DNA from: a bacterium
GTDB lineage: Bacteria; Patescibacteriota; Minisyncoccia; Minisyncoccales; JAZDGI01
Direction of reading: 5' to 3'
DNA: 64,000 nucleotides
Assembly: GCA_043807085.1 (NCBI GenBank)
Contig: JAZDGI010000013.1
Location: 1,607 to 65,606 of the forward strand
In this document: piece by piece, positions 8,841 through 20,399 of the stretch
Layout of the letters: the number at the start of each line of letters is the position of its first letter
How positions within the stretch are numbered: the stretch's first letter is position 1
The notes under the pieces: model-generated
Databases searched by the model: none
Told to the model about the DNA's origin: nothing
Seen by the model: the letters and a program-made list of their open reading frames with translations, nothing else
Translations under genes and position numbers: made by a program

Positions 8841-9449
8841 ATGGAATATATTTTCATAATCGCAGTTTTAATTTTTTCCGTCATTATTCACGAAATTTCC
8901 CACGGGGCGATGGCGAATAAATTGGGCGATCCCACGGCCAAGCTTGCCGGCCGGCTTACATTGAATCCCCTGAAACATTTGGATCCGATTGGTTCGGTGA
9001 TTCTGCCCTCTATTTTGATAATATTAAAGAGCGGTTTCATTTTCGGCTGGGCAAAACCCGTGCCTGTTAATCCCAATAATTTCAGCGATCAAAAATACGG
9101 CCAGGCCAAAGTCGCTCTGGCCGGGCCGGCCTCAAACTTATTAATCGCTTTAATATTCGGCCTTTTGCTGCGTTTTTTTTCCGATTGGCCGATTCTTCAA
9201 TCTTTTTCTTTCGCCTTTTCTTACATTGTTTATATAAATCTTCTTTTGTGCATATTTAATTTGCTGCCAGTTCCTCCTTTGGATGGTTCTCATATTTTTT
9301 TCCTTTTTTTTCCGGCAGCGGAGAAAATAAAAATATTTTTGAGTAAATTCAACATTTTTATTCTGATTGCTTTTATTTTTTTCCTTTTCCCTTTGCTTAG
9401 CTCGGTCGTCAGCCGCATTTTCAATCTCCTCGTCGGCCATTATTTATAA
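8841..9449 (+). CDS. Site-2 protease family (M50) protein
   Basis: HEISH, GDPTA..AGRLTLNP, NLLPVPPLDG. Confidence 0.9.
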   Translation: MEYIFIIAVLIFSVIIHEISHGAMANKLGDPTAKLAGRLTLNPLKHLDPIGSVILPSILIILKSGFIFGWAKPVPVNPNNFSDQKYGQAKVALAGPASNLLIALIFGLLLRFFSDWPILQSFSFAFSYIVYINLLLCIFNLLPVPPLDGSHIFFLFFPAAEKIKIFLSKFNIFILIAFIFFLFPLLSSVVSRIFNLLVGHYL

Positions 9450-9455
9450 AAAGCA

Positions 9456-9484
9456 TTGACACATTAGGATTCATTTGTTAAATT
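9456..9484 (+). promoter_or_regulatory. str operon promoter
   Basis: TTGACA-17nt-TAAATT, 8 nt before the rpsL ATG. Confidence 0.6.
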
Positions 9485-9492
9485 ATATTGGT

Positions 9493-9909
9493 ATGCCGAC
9501 GTTGAGACAACTCGTCAGAAAAGGAAGAAAACGAGCCAAAAAGAAAGACAAGACTCCTGCCTTGAGTTTCGGTTTTAATACAAGGAAAAATTGTCCGGTT
9601 GAATATCCTTCTCCGTTTAAAAGAGGGGTTTGCATTAAGGTTTTTACTGTTACTCCTAAAAAACCTAATTCGGCCTTAAGAAAAGTGGCGAGAGTCCGTT
9701 TAACCAATAGTAAGGAAGTGACGGCTTATATTCCCGGCGAAGGTCACAATATTCAGGAGCACTCAATAGTCATTATTCGCGGCGGGAGAGTAAAGGATTT
9801 ACCCGGAGTCAGGTATCATATTGTCAGGGGACTGTTGGACGCCGCTGGAGTGGAAGGCCGCAAGCAGGAAAGGAGTAAATACGGCGTGAAGCGTCCAGCC
9901 GCCAAATAA
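9493..9909 (+). CDS. rpsL: 30S ribosomal protein S12
   Basis: [31 protein letters not shown]. Confidence 0.98.
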   Translation: MPTLRQLVRKGRKRAKKKDKTPALSFGFNTRKNCPVEYPSPFKRGVCIKVFTVTPKKPNSALRKVARVRLTNSKEVTAYIPGEGHNIQEHSIVIIRGGRVKDLPGVRYHIVRGLLDAAGVEGRKQERSKYGVKRPAAK

Positions 9910-9912
9910 TCT

Positions 9913-10380
9913 ATGGCTAGATCTAAAAAAGAAAAACATATTGTTCTGCCCGACCCTCTTTATAGCAATTTAATGGTTTCCAAGTTGGTCAATTACGTAA
10001 TGAAGGGAGGAAAGAAAAATACGGCGCGTAGAATAGTCTACGACGCTTTTGAGATAATCAAAGAAAAAACCAAAAAAGAGGCGGTGGAAATTTTTGAGCA
10101 GGCCTTAATTAATACGAGGCCTCTTTTGGAGGTCAGGCCGAAAAGAATCGGCGGAGCGACATATCAGGTTCCCAGGCCCGTGGCCGAAAATAGGGGAACG
10201 GCCTTGGCCTTGCGTTGGATTTTGTCAGCGGCCAGAACGAAAAAAGGCCAGCCAATGCATAAAAAGTTGGCTGAAGAATTAATCGGAGCCGCAAACAACA
10301 CTAGCGCGGCCATAAAAAAGAAAGAGAATATGCACAAAATGGCTGAGGCTAACAGGGCTTTCGCTCACTTCGCCTGGTAA
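9913..10380 (+). CDS. rpsG: 30S ribosomal protein S7
   Basis: [21 protein letters not shown]. Confidence 0.98.
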   Translation: MARSKKEKHIVLPDPLYSNLMVSKLVNYVMKGGKKNTARRIVYDAFEIIKEKTKKEAVEIFEQALINTRPLLEVRPKRIGGATYQVPRPVAENRGTALALRWILSAARTKKGQPMHKKLAEELIGAANNTSAAIKKKENMHKMAEANRAFAHFAW

Positions 10381-10404
10381 AAATCAGCGAATAGCGAACT
10401 TGAT

Positions 10405-12489
10405 ATGCGACAATACCCTATAGAAAAATACCGCAATATCGGAATAATTGCCCACATTGACGCCGGTAAAACCACTACGACCGAGCGGATTTTATTTTAC
10501 ACCGGCATGACCCATAAAATCGGCGACATTGACGAGGGCACGACAGTAATGGATTGGATGGCCCAGGAGAGAGAAAGGGGAATCACTATTACTTCGGCGG
10601 CCACCACTTGTTTTTGGCGGTTAGATGGAGCTGAATACAGGATAAATATCATTGATACTCCTGGGCACATTGACTTTACGGCCGAGGTTCAGAGGTCTTT
10701 GAGAGTTTTAGACGGCGGCGTTGTTGTTTTTGACGGAGTTTCCGGGGTGGAGCCCCAATCGGAAACAGTCTGGCGCCAGGCAGACAAGTTTCAGGTTCCG
10801 AGAATTTGTTTTATCAATAAAATGGATAGAATGGGCGCTAATTTTGAGGAAAGTCTGAAATCCATTTTGGAAAAATTAACTCCAAACGCCGTAGCTTTGC
10901 AGATACCCATTGGAGCGGAAGAGAATTTTTCTGGCGTTGTTGACTTGCTGAAAATGAAAGCCGTAAGATTTGAAGGCGCTTCCGGTGAAAAACTCGCAGA
11001 AGAAGAAATCCCCGGCGACTTGATGGAAAAGGCCAAAGAATGGCGCCGTAATTTAGTTGAAAGAGTCGCGGCCGAGGACGAAACTTTGCTGGAAAAATTT
11101 TTGGCGAAAAAAGATATCGCGGCGGAAGAATTGAGAGCTGTTTTAAGAAGAGCTACTCTTGATTATAGGTTGGTTCCGGTTTTCTGCGGGTCTTCTTTAA
11201 AAAATAAAGGCATCCAGCCCGTATTGGACGGAGTCGTTTATTACTTGCCTTCGCCCGCTGATTTGCCGCCAGCCAAAGGCACGGACCCAAAAACGGGCGA
11301 GTTTGTTGAGAGGAAGGTTTCCGATCAAGAATCTTTTTCCGCTCTGGCTTTTAAAATTGCCAGCGACCCTTATGTCGGAACTCTTACTTTTTTCAGGATT
11401 TATTCGGGCACGTTGAAAAAGGGCTCTTACGCATTAAACACGACAACTTTGGAAAAAGAGAGGATCGGCAGAATTTTAAGAATGCACGCCAACAGCCGGG
11501 AAGAAGTTGACGAAGTTTTTGCCGGAGATATTGCCGCCACCGTCGGCTTGAAGAATACTTCCACCGGCCATACTCTTTGCGATGAAAACAATCAGATTGT
11601 TTTGGAAAAAATAGTGTTTCCAGAGCCTGTAATTTCAATCAGGATTGAGCCTAAAACCAAAGCTGACCAGGAGAAAATGGGTATGGCTCTGAAAAAACTG
11701 GCCGAAGAAGATCCGACTTTCAGAGTAAAGGGAAACGCTGATACCGGAGAAACGATTATTTCGGGTATGGGCGAACTGCATCTTGAAATTATTGTTGACA
11801 GAATGAGGCGGGAATTTAAAGTGGAAGCCAATGTCGGCCGGCCGCAGGTCGCTTACAAAGAAACGATTACAGCCATGGCTGAAGCTGAAGGAAAATACAT
11901 AAAGCAGTCTGGAGGCAGGGGGCAATACGGACACGTTTATTTGAGGGTTGAGCCCAAAGAGAGAGGGCAGGGTTTTGAATTTATTGACGAAATTACTGGC
12001 GGAGTTATTCCCAGAGAATTTATTCCCGCTGTCGGCAAAGGAGTCAAAGAAGCCGCTGATAAAGGAGTAATCGCTGGATACCCCTTAGTGGATTTGGCAG
12101 CTACCTTATATGACGGATCTTTTCATGAGGTTGATTCTTCGGAAATCGCTTTTAAAATCGCGGGCTCTATGGCTCTGCAGTCTTGCGTGAAAAAAGCCAA
12201 GCCGGTTTTGCTGGAGCCGATAATGAAACTAGAAGTAATTGTCCCGCCGAATTTTTTTGGCGATGTAATCGGAGACCTGTCTTCAAAGAGAGGAAAGATT
12301 GAAGAAACCAAAGACAGATTGAATGTCAAAGTGATTGACACTAAAGTTCCTTTGTCTGAAATGTTCGGCTACGCCACGAGCTTACGCTCCTTGACAGAGG
12401 GCCGGGGAACATTTACTATGGAATTTGACCATTATGAACAAGTGCCGGCCAATATAGCGCAAGAAATTGTTGAAGGAAAGAGAAAATAA
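10405..12489 (+). CDS. fusA: Elongation factor G
   Basis: [24 protein letters not shown]. Confidence 0.99.
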   Translation: MRQYPIEKYRNIGIIAHIDAGKTTTTERILFYTGMTHKIGDIDEGTTVMDWMAQERERGITITSAATTCFWRLDGAEYRINIIDTPGHIDFTAEVQRSLRVLDGGVVVFDGVSGVEPQSETVWRQADKFQVPRICFINKMDRMGANFEESLKSILEKLTPNAVALQIPIGAEENFSGVVDLLKMKAVRFEGASGEKLAEEEIPGDLMEKAKEWRRNLVERVAAEDETLLEKFLAKKDIAAEELRAVLRRATLDYRLVPVFCGSSLKNKGIQPVLDGVVYYLPSPADLPPAKGTDPKTGEFVERKVSDQESFSALAFKIASDPYVGTLTFFRIYSGTLKKGSYALNTTTLEKERIGRILRMHANSREEVDEVFAGDIAATVGLKNTSTGHTLCDENNQIVLEKIVFPEPVISIRIEPKTKADQEKMGMALKKLAEEDPTFRVKGNADTGETIISGMGELHLEIIVDRMRREFKVEANVGRPQVAYKETITAMAEAEGKYIKQSGGRGQYGHVYLRVEPKERGQGFEFIDEITGGVIPREFIPAVGKGVKEAADKGVIAGYPLVDLAATLYDGSFHEVDSSEIAFKIAGSMALQSCVKKAKPVLLEPIMKLEVIVPPNFFGDVIGDLSSKRGKIEETKDRLNVKVIDTKVPLSEMFGYATSLRSLTEGRGTFTMEFDHYEQVPANIAQEIVEGKRK

Positions 12490-12495
12490 TTAACA

Positions 12496-12524
12496 TTGAC
12501 TTTTAAAAAGGTTCGGAGTAAAAT
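12496..12524 (+). promoter_or_regulatory. Internal promoter for tuf
   Basis: TTGACT-17nt-TAAAAT. Confidence 0.6.
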
Positions 12525-12567
12525 AATAAACATAATAATTAATTAAGCTCTAAATTATTAAACTAAT

Positions 12568-13767
12568 ATGGCGGAAAAAGAAAAGTTCGTTAGGGAAAAA
12601 CCCCATTTAAACATCGGCACTATTGGCCACGTTGACCACGGCAAAACCACTTTGACGTCGGCAATTCTGCACGTCTTAAGACTTAAGGGTTTTAAAGCCA
12701 AAGAAAAGTCGGTTGACGAAATTGACGCGGCGCCTGAAGAGAAAGCAAGAGGGATTACGATTTCCATCACTCATCTTGAATACGAAACCGAAAAAAGACA
12801 TTACGCCCATATTGATTGTCCGGGCCACGCCGATTACATTAAGAATATGATTACAGGAGCCGCCCAAATGGACGGAGGAATTTTAGTTGTTTCCGCTCCA
12901 GACGGCCCGATGCCTCAAACTAGAGAGCATATATTATTGGCCCGTCAGGTGGGGCTACCGGCTTTGGTTGTCTTTTTGAACAAATGCGACGCCGTTGAGG
13001 ATCCTGAAATGATTGATTTGGTTGAAGGCGAGGTAAGGGAATTACTGAAAAAGTATCAGTTCCCGGGCGACCAAACTCCGATTATTCGCGGTTCGGCCTT
13101 AAAGGCGCTGGAAGTGAAATCCGCTGATGATGAAGCGGCAAAGCCTATTTTAGATTTGATGAAAGCGGTAGATGATTTTATTCCCGAGCCCTCACGCGAA
13201 AAAGAAAAGCCATTTTTAATGGCTATTGAAGATATTTTCAGCATTGAGGGGCGGGGAACGGTGGCTACCGGCAGGATTGAACGAGGCGTGGTTCATTCTA
13301 ATGAGGAAGTGGAAATAATTGGTATTAGGCCAACAAGCAAAACAACCGTTGTTTCCATTGAAATGTTCAATAAAATACTTGACGAAGGAATGGCCGGAGA
13401 TAACGTTGGAATTCTTTTAAGAGGATTGAAGAAAGAAGATGTGGAAAGAGGCCAGGTTTTGGCCAAGGCAGGATCGGTTACTCCTCATGCCGAGTTTGCT
13501 GGAGAGGTTTATATTTTGACCAAAGAAGAAGGCGGCCGGCATACGCCATTTTTCACCGGCTATAAGCCCCAGCTTTATTTTAGGACTACCGACGTGACCG
13601 GCGAAGTGACTTTGCCCCAGGGGACGGAAATGGTTATGCCTGGCGACACTGTCACCTTGGATATTAAATTGATTGTGCCCGTGGCTATGGAAGAAAAACA
13701 GAGGTTCGCCATCAGAGAAGGAGGCAAAACCGTGGGAGCCGGCGTTGTAACCAAAATAATTAAATAA
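12568..13767 (+). CDS. tuf: Elongation factor Tu
   Basis: [21 protein letters not shown]. Confidence 0.99.
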   Translation: MAEKEKFVREKPHLNIGTIGHVDHGKTTLTSAILHVLRLKGFKAKEKSVDEIDAAPEEKARGITISITHLEYETEKRHYAHIDCPGHADYIKNMITGAAQMDGGILVVSAPDGPMPQTREHILLARQVGLPALVVFLNKCDAVEDPEMIDLVEGEVRELLKKYQFPGDQTPIIRGSALKALEVKSADDEAAKPILDLMKAVDDFIPEPSREKEKPFLMAIEDIFSIEGRGTVATGRIERGVVHSNEEVEIIGIRPTSKTTVVSIEMFNKILDEGMAGDNVGILLRGLKKEDVERGQVLAKAGSVTPHAEFAGEVYILTKEEGGRHTPFFTGYKPQLYFRTTDVTGEVTLPQGTEMVMPGDTVTLDIKLIVPVAMEEKQRFAIREGGKTVGAGVVTKIIK

Positions 13768-14108
13768 TGCCCACCAAAAAGAAAGCGCCACAGGAACAGC
13801 AGGTCAAACCAAAGCTCCGTATTAAATTGCGGGCTTACGATCATAAGGTTATTGACAGCTCTGCTAAACAGATAATTGAAACCGCTTTAAGACACGGGAG
13901 CGATATCTTGGGTCCGGTTCCTCTTCCAACCGAAATACGGAAGTTCACCGTCAATCGTTCTTCTTTCATACACAAAGACGCTCGGGAACAGTTTGAAATG
14001 CGCGTTCACAAAAGAATAATTGACATTATCAGTCCCGATCAAAAAATTATTGAGTCATTGATGAGCTTAAATCTTCCGGCCGGCGTGGACATTGAAATTA
14101 AGATGTAG
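13767..14108 (+). CDS. rpsJ: 30S ribosomal protein S10
   Basis: [27 protein letters not shown]. Confidence 0.98.
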   Translation: MPTKKKAPQEQQVKPKLRIKLRAYDHKVIDSSAKQIIETALRHGSDILGPVPLPTEIRKFTVNRSSFIHKDAREQFEMRVHKRIIDIISPDQKIIESLMSLNLPAGVDIEIKM

Positions 14109-14115
14109 TATTTAG

Positions 14116-14140
14116 AAAAACCGCCGTTAGGCGGTTTTTT
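14116..14140 (+). terminator. Intrinsic terminator after rpsJ
   Basis: AAAAACCGCC-GTTA-GGCGGTTTTTT. Confidence 0.85.
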
Positions 14141-14180
14141 GGCGGCGGTTGAAACTTATCTCTATAGCGCGCTGTAATCG

Positions 14181-14270
14181 TTGACATTTGGTTTGTCTTC
14201 GGCTATACTTTCTAATATGGAATAAAAGGAGTACTAACCGGATTTAATACGCGGGGTTAGTGCCCCGTGT
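14181..14270 (+). promoter_or_regulatory. rplC promoter and structured leader
   Basis: TTGACA-17nt-TATACT; hairpin GGAGTACTAACC/GGTTAGTGCCCC. Confidence 0.6.
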
Positions 14271-14291
14271 TTTGTTGGTAAGATAAACAGC

Positions 14292-14861
14292 ATGAAATTT
14301 ATTTTGGGGAAAAAATTGGGAATGAGCCAGATTTTTAACGAAAAAGGAAATTTTGTCCCGGTGACTTTGATTGAGGCCGGTCCATGCCAGATTACTCAAA
14401 TTAAAGACAAGGCGGTTCAGGTCGGCTTTATTAAAAAGACAAAAAGAATAAAAAAGACAGAGAAGGGGAAAGAGTTTAAATATCTAAGAGAATTCAGAAT
14501 TCAAAATCCAGAACTTAAAACGGGCGACATGATTGACGTTTCCGCGTTTCAGGAAGGAGATATGGCTAAAATTTCCGGCATTTCCAAGGGAAAGGGTTTT
14601 CAGGGAGTGGTCAAGAGATGGGGGTTTCACGGCCGGCCCACGACTCACGGCATGAAACACGAAGGAAGAACGCCAGGATCGGTGGGATGTTCGGGCCCGG
14701 AAAGAGTTATTAAGGGCAAGAAGCTGGCTGGTCATTACGGGGCTTGCAGCGTATCGGTGAAAAATTTGTTGATTGTAAAAATAGACAAGGAAAATAATCT
14801 TATAGCCGTCCGGGGAGCCGTGCCCGGTCCCAAAGGCGCTTTGTTGGAAATTTCCATATGA
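14292..14861 (+). CDS. rplC: 50S ribosomal protein L3
   Basis: GKKLGMSQ, SKGKGFQGVVKR, GAVPG. Confidence 0.97.
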   Translation: MKFILGKKLGMSQIFNEKGNFVPVTLIEAGPCQITQIKDKAVQVGFIKKTKRIKKTEKGKEFKYLREFRIQNPELKTGDMIDVSAFQEGDMAKISGISKGKGFQGVVKRWGFHGRPTTHGMKHEGRTPGSVGCSGPERVIKGKKLAGHYGACSVSVKNLLIVKIDKENNLIAVRGAVPGPKGALLEISI

Positions 14862-15502
14862 AAATATCTGTTTACAACCAAAAAGGCGAAGAAACCGGAA
14901 GCGCCTTGCTGCCAAAGGAAATTTTTGATGTTGCTTTGGCGCAGGACTTAGTTCATCAGGTTGCGGTTTCCCAAATGGCTAACCGCCGGCAAGTCATAGC
15001 GAGCACAAAAACCAGAGGCGAGGTCCGGGGCGGAGGCAAAAAACCTTGGGCGCAGAAAGGAACGGGAAGGTCCAGGCACGGCTCAATCAGGTCGCCTTTG
15101 TGGCGCCACGGAGGAATAACTTTTGGTCCGACCAAAGAAAGGATTTTTAAAGAAAAAATTCCCCGTAAGATGAGAATCAAAGCGCTTTTTATGGTTTTGT
15201 CGGCTAAGGCCAAAAATAATTTCCTCGTGGTTTTAGACGAGCTGAAGATTGATCAGGCAAAAACCAAAGTAATGGCCGAAATAATTGAAAATTTAAAATC
15301 AAAAGCGGAAAATTTCAAATCGGGAACCGTTTTGATCGCTTTGGCCGAAGCTGACAAGGGTGTGATTTTGTCGGCCAGAAATCTTCCTGGGATTAAAACT
15401 ATTCAGGCAAAAGATTTAAATGCTCTGGATTTGCTGTCTTTCAAGTATCTGATTATGACAAAAGACGGCATAAAGACAATTAAAGAAAATTTTTTGAAAT
15501 AA
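14858..15502 (+). CDS. rplD: 50S ribosomal protein L4
   Basis: EVRGGGKKPWAQKGTGRSRHGS. Confidence 0.97.
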   Translation: MKISVYNQKGEETGSALLPKEIFDVALAQDLVHQVAVSQMANRRQVIASTKTRGEVRGGGKKPWAQKGTGRSRHGSIRSPLWRHGGITFGPTKERIFKEKIPRKMRIKALFMVLSAKAKNNFLVVLDELKIDQAKTKVMAEIIENLKSKAENFKSGTVLIALAEADKGVILSARNLPGIKTIQAKDLNALDLLSFKYLIMTKDGIKTIKENFLK

Positions 15503-15506
15503 AGCG

Positions 15507-15878
15507 ATGCTAAATATTTTTAAAAAGAAAGCTTCTCAAAAAGCGCAGAATGAGCCGAAAGCGGAGCGGCAGGTCACAAAATCAGAAAAGAGAATATCTG
15601 GTTCGTGGAAAGTGCTGAAATTTCCCCATATTGCCGAAAAATCAACGGAATTGGCGAAAAAAAATCAGTATGTTTTCAAAGTTTTCCCCGACACTAACAA
15701 ACCTGAAGTAAAACGGGCTGTAAGCTCAAAGTACGGCGTGGACGTTGTAAAAGTTAATATCGTAAATGTGCCTCACAAAAAAAGAAGACTTGGCAAGATC
15801 GCTGGCTTCAGGAAGGCTTATAAAAAAGCGATTGTTAAAATAAAAGAAGGTCAAAAAATAGACTTAATGCCAAGATAA
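15507..15878 (+). CDS. rplW: 50S ribosomal protein L23
   Basis: YVFKV..NKPEVK, YKKAIV; operon position. Confidence 0.93.
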   Translation: MLNIFKKKASQKAQNEPKAERQVTKSEKRISGSWKVLKFPHIAEKSTELAKKNQYVFKVFPDTNKPEVKRAVSSKYGVDVVKVNIVNVPHKKRRLGKIAGFRKAYKKAIVKIKEGQKIDLMPR

Positions 15879-15894
15879 GTATTACTATAATAAT

Positions 15895-16665
15895 ATGACA
15901 ATAAAGCTGTCAAAAAAAAGGCCGGAAAAAAGATTGCTGTTAGCCCAAAAAGAATCGGCTGGACGCGGCGCCCAGGGCAGGATCACCATAAGGCATCGTG
16001 GAGGAGGAGTAAAAAAACTTTACCGGATGATTGATTTTGGCCAAAAAAGGCGGGGTGCGCCAGCTGTTGTTGTTTCTTTAGAATACGATCCGAACAGATC
16101 GGCTTTTATCAGCCTTATTCAGTATCCTCAAGATGGCAGGAAAGCTTATGTTTTGGCGGCTGAAGGACAGAAAGAGGGAGATCAAGTTATTTGCGACGAA
16201 ATTGCGGAAATTAAAATTGGCAATAGAATGACGCTGAAAAACATACCCGTGGGCCAGCAGGTTTTTAATGTTGAATTGGAGCCGGGTCGGGGCGGAAAAT
16301 TGATCAGGGGAGCAGGGGCTTCGGCTAAAGTGCTGGCGCAGGAAGATTGTTTTACACAATTGGAGCTTCCGTCAAAGGAAATCAGGAAAATTTTTAATAC
16401 TTGTTATGCTACAATAGGTCAGGTGTCGCACGCTGATCATCGGTTTGAAGATTTTGGGAACGCCGGATCTAAAAGAAGAAAGGGTTGGAGGCCGACAGTC
16501 AGGGGAACGGCGATGAATCCGCCCGATCACCCTCATGGAGGAGGCGAAGGTAAAACGCCCATAGGATTGAAGTACCCCAAAACTCCGTGGGGAAAGTCGG
16601 CTCATGGTGTAAAAACCAGAAAAAAGAAGTGGACGGAAAAATATATAATTCAACGGCGAAAATAG
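15895..16665 (+). CDS. rplB: 50S ribosomal protein L2
   Basis: [26 protein letters not shown]. Confidence 0.98.
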   Translation: MTIKLSKKRPEKRLLLAQKESAGRGAQGRITIRHRGGGVKKLYRMIDFGQKRRGAPAVVVSLEYDPNRSAFISLIQYPQDGRKAYVLAAEGQKEGDQVICDEIAEIKIGNRMTLKNIPVGQQVFNVELEPGRGGKLIRGAGASAKVLAQEDCFTQLELPSKEIRKIFNTCYATIGQVSHADHRFEDFGNAGSKRRKGWRPTVRGTAMNPPDHPHGGGEGKTPIGLKYPKTPWGKSAHGVKTRKKKWTEKYIIQRRK

Positions 16666-16666
16666 T

Positions 16667-16984
16667 ATGTCAAGAAGTTTAAAAAAAGGTCCATATATTG
16701 ACGAAAGATTGATGGAGAAAATAAAGAAAGCAAAGCCCGGCGGAATAATCAAAACTTGGTCAAGGCGGGCTACTATTACGCCTGAAATGGTGGGGATTGT
16801 TTTTGCCGTGCACAACGGTAAAGAATTTATAGAAGCCAAGGCGACCGAGGAAATGGTCGGGCACAAGCTGGGAGAATTTTCGCCTACGACAAAATTTCAC
16901 CGCCACGGCGGGAAAATGCAGAGAGAAATTGAATCAAAGGAAGCTGGAAAAGAAACGACAAAAGTAAAAGAAGCAATCAAATAA
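16667..16984 (+). CDS. rpsS: 30S ribosomal protein S19
   Basis: [18 protein letters not shown]. Confidence 0.98.
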   Translation: MSRSLKKGPYIDERLMEKIKKAKPGGIIKTWSRRATITPEMVGIVFAVHNGKEFIEAKATEEMVGHKLGEFSPTTKFHRHGGKMQREIESKEAGKETTKVKEAIK

Positions 16985-16985
16985 T

Positions 16986-17486
16986 ATGCCAGCCATAGCT
17001 AAATTAAGATATTTGCATATTGCGCCGAGAAAGGTAAGGCTGGTGGCCGATTTGATCAGGGGAAAATCGGTTGAATCAGCTGAAGCCATTTTAAGATTTA
17101 CCCGCAAGAGAGCGGCCGAAGTTGTCTTAAAGCTTTTGAAATCGGCGGTTGCCAACGCTAAAAATCAGCTGCAGATGGAAGCGTCAGGCTTGTATATTAA
17201 GAAAATTTTTGTTGATGAAGGGCCAAAATATAAAAGATTTATGCCCAGGGCTAGAGGTCAGGCTTACGCAATCCAAAAGAAAGTTTCGCACATAACCCTG
17301 GTTTTGGAAAAAAAGGAAGGAGCCAAGGAGGCGATGGCTGAGGAGATCAAATCTGAAAAAATTGCCGAGCCTGAAGATATTAAGGCGAAAAAGAAAGAAA
17401 TCAGGCCAAGATTTACGCCCAAAGGCGGGGGATTAAAGCCGAAAATCAGACTAGCAAGAAGAATATTCAGACGCAAGGCATTTTAA
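16986..17486 (+). CDS. rplV: 50S ribosomal protein L22 with C-terminal extension
   Basis: [20 protein letters not shown]. Confidence 0.97.
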   Translation: MPAIAKLRYLHIAPRKVRLVADLIRGKSVESAEAILRFTRKRAAEVVLKLLKSAVANAKNQLQMEASGLYIKKIFVDEGPKYKRFMPRARGQAYAIQKKVSHITLVLEKKEGAKEAMAEEIKSEKIAEPEDIKAKKKEIRPRFTPKGGGLKPKIRLARRIFRRKAF

Positions 17487-17488
17487 TT

Positions 17489-18130
17489 ATGGCGCATAAA
17501 GTCCACCCAAAATCGTTCAGAATAAAAGGATTATATGACTGGGATTCGCGTTGGTTTTCCGGAAAAAATTTTCCGAAAATGTTGGAGGAAGATTTTGAGA
17601 TTAGGAAAATCATTGGAAAGAAAACGGCAAAATTGGCCGTGGAAAAAATTGAGATTGAAAGGTTTCCTGAGAAATTGAGTGTTATTATATTTTCCGCCCG
17701 ACCAGGCTTGCTTATCGGCCGAGGAGGCGAGGGAATTGAAGAATTAAAGAAAGTTTTGGCATCAAAAATTTTTTTGAAAAAGCCAAAAAGCGAATTAAAG
17801 ATAGAAATTAAAGAGGTCAAAAATCCTTGGATGTCAGCTTCCCTGGTCGCCCAGGGGGTAGCCGCTCAAATTGAAAAAAGAATGCCCTTCAGAAGGATTT
17901 TAAAACAGTCCGCGGAAAAAGTTATGTCAGCTAAGGCGCAGGGCGTCAGAATTGAAATAGCAGGCAGATTAAATGGCGCGGAAATTGCCAGGAGGGAGTG
18001 GCTAATGAGGGGCAGAATGCCGAGGCAAACCATAAGAGCCGAGATTGATTACTGTCAGACCCAGGCTTTCTGCACCTACGGAGTCATAGGAATAAAAGTA
18101 TGGATATATAAAGGCGATAAGTTTGAATAA
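17489..18130 (+). CDS. rpsC: 30S ribosomal protein S3
   Basis: KVHP, GRLNGAEIAR, TYGVIGIKVWI. Confidence 0.98.
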   Translation: MAHKVHPKSFRIKGLYDWDSRWFSGKNFPKMLEEDFEIRKIIGKKTAKLAVEKIEIERFPEKLSVIIFSARPGLLIGRGGEGIEELKKVLASKIFLKKPKSELKIEIKEVKNPWMSASLVAQGVAAQIEKRMPFRRILKQSAEKVMSAKAQGVRIEIAGRLNGAEIARREWLMRGRMPRQTIRAEIDYCQTQAFCTYGVIGIKVWIYKGDKFE

Positions 18131-18132
18131 TT

Positions 18133-18537
18133 ATGTTAATGCCGAAAAAACAAAAGCACCGCAAGTGGATGAGAGGAACATCTAAGGGAGTGGACGCCAG
18201 AGCCACCGAGTTGGTTTTCGGCTCTTTCGGATTGAAAAGTCTGGCTACCAAATGGGTTTCCGCGAATCAAATTGAAGCCGGCCGAAGGGCTATTTTAAGA
18301 TATTTTAAAAAAGGGGGAAAGATGTGGATCAGGATTTTTCCGGATAAACCTGTTACGAAAAAGGGGGTGGAGGTTCCGATGGGCGGCGGCAAGGGCGGCG
18401 TTGACCATTATGTTTTCCCGGTAAAGCCAGGCCGTATTATTTTTGAAATTGAAGGGATAAAAGGCGATATGGCTAGAGAGGCGTTGCAAAAAGCCGCGGC
18501 TAAATTGCCGGTAAGAACTAAAATTATTTCAAGATAA
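18133..18537 (+). CDS. rplP: 50S ribosomal protein L16
   Basis: WIRIFPDKPVT, MGGGKG. Confidence 0.98.
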   Translation: MLMPKKQKHRKWMRGTSKGVDARATELVFGSFGLKSLATKWVSANQIEAGRRAILRYFKKGGKMWIRIFPDKPVTKKGVEVPMGGGKGGVDHYVFPVKPGRIIFEIEGIKGDMAREALQKAAAKLPVRTKIISR

Positions 18538-18743
18538 TGGCGAAATTTCAAGAGCTAAAACAAAATAGCGAGTCAGATCTTGGCAAAATCCTTCAAGACA
18601 ACCGCGAAAAGTTGGGTCAGATGCGTTTTGATTTAGCAGCCGGCAAAGTAAAAAACGTTCGCGAGGTGCGGCAGATCAAAAAAGACATTGCGAGAATACT
18701 AACAATATTAAATTCATGGCAAAGAAACAATTACAAGGAATAG
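18537..18743 (+). CDS. rpmC: 50S ribosomal protein L29
   Basis: [11 protein letters not shown]. Confidence 0.93.
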   Translation: MAKFQELKQNSESDLGKILQDNREKLGQMRFDLAAGKVKNVREVRQIKKDIARILTILNSWQRNNYKE

Positions 18744-18961
18744 TGGTTTCCGATAAAATGGCTAAAACCGTTGTGGTTGAAGTTGAGAGAAAAAAAGAAA
18801 ATCTTAAGTATAAAAGGAGATATAATACCCGCAAGAAGTATAAGGCTGACGATGAAAAAAAAGAATATAAAGTGGGGGATATAGTTGTGATTGAGGAGAC
18901 GAGGCCTATTAGCAGAGACAAGAAATGGAAAGTGGTTAAAAAAGTAACGGCCAACATATGA
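18716..18961 (+). CDS. rpsQ: 30S ribosomal protein S17
   Basis: [20 protein letters not shown]. Confidence 0.97.
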   Translation: MAKKQLQGIVVSDKMAKTVVVEVERKKENLKYKRRYNTRKKYKADDEKKEYKVGDIVVIEETRPISRDKKWKVVKKVTANI

Positions 18962-19329
18962 TTCAGCTAAGAACAATGTTAAAAGTCGCCGATAACTCCG
19001 GAGCGAAAATTCTCCAGTGTTTTCATGTTATGGGCGGGTCCCGGAAAAGATATGCTAGGATTGGCGACGTTATCGTCGGAACCGTCAAGGAGGCGGAGCC
19101 GCGTCGGCTTGTTAAAAAGCACGATGTGGTAAGAGCGGTTATAATCCGCCAGAGAAAAGAATTTAAAAGACCAGACGGCTCTTTAATTCGTTTTGACGAT
19201 AATGCCTGCGTTATTCTTGAGGGGAAGACGACAGATCCAAAAGGCGGAAGAATTTTTGGGCCCGTGGCTAGAGAATTAAAAGAAAAAGGATTTGAAAAAG
19301 CGGCGGCCTTGGCCGAGGAGCTGGTATAA
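18958..19329 (+). CDS. rplN: 50S ribosomal protein L14
   Basis: [24 protein letters not shown]. Confidence 0.98.
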   Translation: MIQLRTMLKVADNSGAKILQCFHVMGGSRKRYARIGDVIVGTVKEAEPRRLVKKHDVVRAVIIRQRKEFKRPDGSLIRFDDNACVILEGKTTDPKGGRIFGPVARELKEKGFEKAAALAEELV

Positions 19330-19335
19330 AATATT

Positions 19336-19641
19336 ATGCGAATCAAAAAAGGAGACACGGTTTTAATAATTTCCGGAAAAGATCGGACAAGAAAGGGTAA
19401 GATTTTGAAAGCTTTTCCCAAAGAAAAGAGGGTTTTGGTTGAGGGGATTAATTTGAGGAAAAAACACCAGCGTCCCAAAAAATCAGGTGAAAAGGGCCAG
19501 GTGATTGAGTTACCCGGAACTATTTCCGTTTCCAGCGTTAAATTGATTTGCGCCAAATGCGGCAAGGCCGTGAGAACCGGGTATAAAATTGAAAACAATA
19601 AAAAATATAGGGTTTGCAAGAAATGTAATTCCGAAATATAA
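19336..19641 (+). CDS. rplX: 50S ribosomal protein L24
   Basis: IKKGDTV.IISGKD (KOW). Confidence 0.97.
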   Translation: MRIKKGDTVLIISGKDRTRKGKILKAFPKEKRVLVEGINLRKKHQRPKKSGEKGQVIELPGTISVSSVKLICAKCGKAVRTGYKIENNKKYRVCKKCNSEI

Positions 19642-19642
19642 T

Positions 19643-20200
19643 ATGCCGAGGTTAAAAGAAAAATATAAAAAAGAAGTAATTCCCGCTATGCGGGAGAAGT
19701 TCGGTTATGGCAACGATATGGCCGTTCCTAAGATTGAAAAGGTTGTGGTCAATACGGGATTCGGCCGGTTGGTTGCGGATAAGACCAAAGACGAACAAGC
19801 CAAGATTCACGATTCTATTTTGCAGGACCTCGCCGCTATCTGCGGCCAAAAGCCGATTTTGAGAAAATCAAAAAAGTCAATTGCCGCTTTCAAAACAAGG
19901 GAAGGCATGGAGATCGGAGCTTCTTGCACCTTGAGAAAAAAGCGAATGTATGATTTATTAGAGAGGTTAATTGATATCGCTCTTCCCAGAACCCGCGATT
20001 TTCAGGGTATTGACCAGAAAGCGGTTGACCGGCAGGGAAATTTGACAGTTGGCATCAAAGAACACAGCGTTTTTCCCGAAATTTTGCCGGAAAAAATGAA
20101 AGCGGTCTTCGGGCTGGAAATAACGGCGGTAACAAACGCCAAGAACGGTGAGGAAGGATTGGAATTATTCAAACTAATGGGATTTCCCATCAAAAAATAA
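19643..20200 (+). CDS. rplE: 50S ribosomal protein L5
   Basis: VPKIEKVVVN, LPRTRDFQG; start moved to ATG 19643. Confidence 0.97.
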   Translation: MPRLKEKYKKEVIPAMREKFGYGNDMAVPKIEKVVVNTGFGRLVADKTKDEQAKIHDSILQDLAAICGQKPILRKSKKSIAAFKTREGMEIGASCTLRKKRMYDLLERLIDIALPRTRDFQGIDQKAVDRQGNLTVGIKEHSVFPEILPEKMKAVFGLEITAVTNAKNGEEGLELFKLMGFPIKK

Positions 20201-20386
20201 ATGGCGACGAAAGCTCAAATTGCCAAATCAAAAAGAAAACCAAAATTCACCGTAAGAATATCGCGGCGCTGTTTCCGTTGCGGGAGAAAGAGGGGCTATA
20301 TGAGAAAGTTCGGGCTTTGCCGTATTTGCTTCAGGGAAATGGCGAATCAAGGCTTGATTCCCGGGGTTAAAAAATCAAGCTGGTGA
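20201..20386 (+). CDS. rpsN: 30S ribosomal protein S14, zinc type
   Basis: RCFRCGR...[18 protein letters not shown]. Confidence 0.97.
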   Translation: MATKAQIAKSKRKPKFTVRISRRCFRCGRKRGYMRKFGLCRICFREMANQGLIPGVKKSSW

Positions 20387-20399
20387 TTTAAACTCAAAT

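Noticed and set aside
19023-19619. Long antisense ORFs over ribosomal and other core genes (also 48445-48936, 48632-49117)
   Set aside because: Shadow frames of well-supported genes with no motifs or start signals
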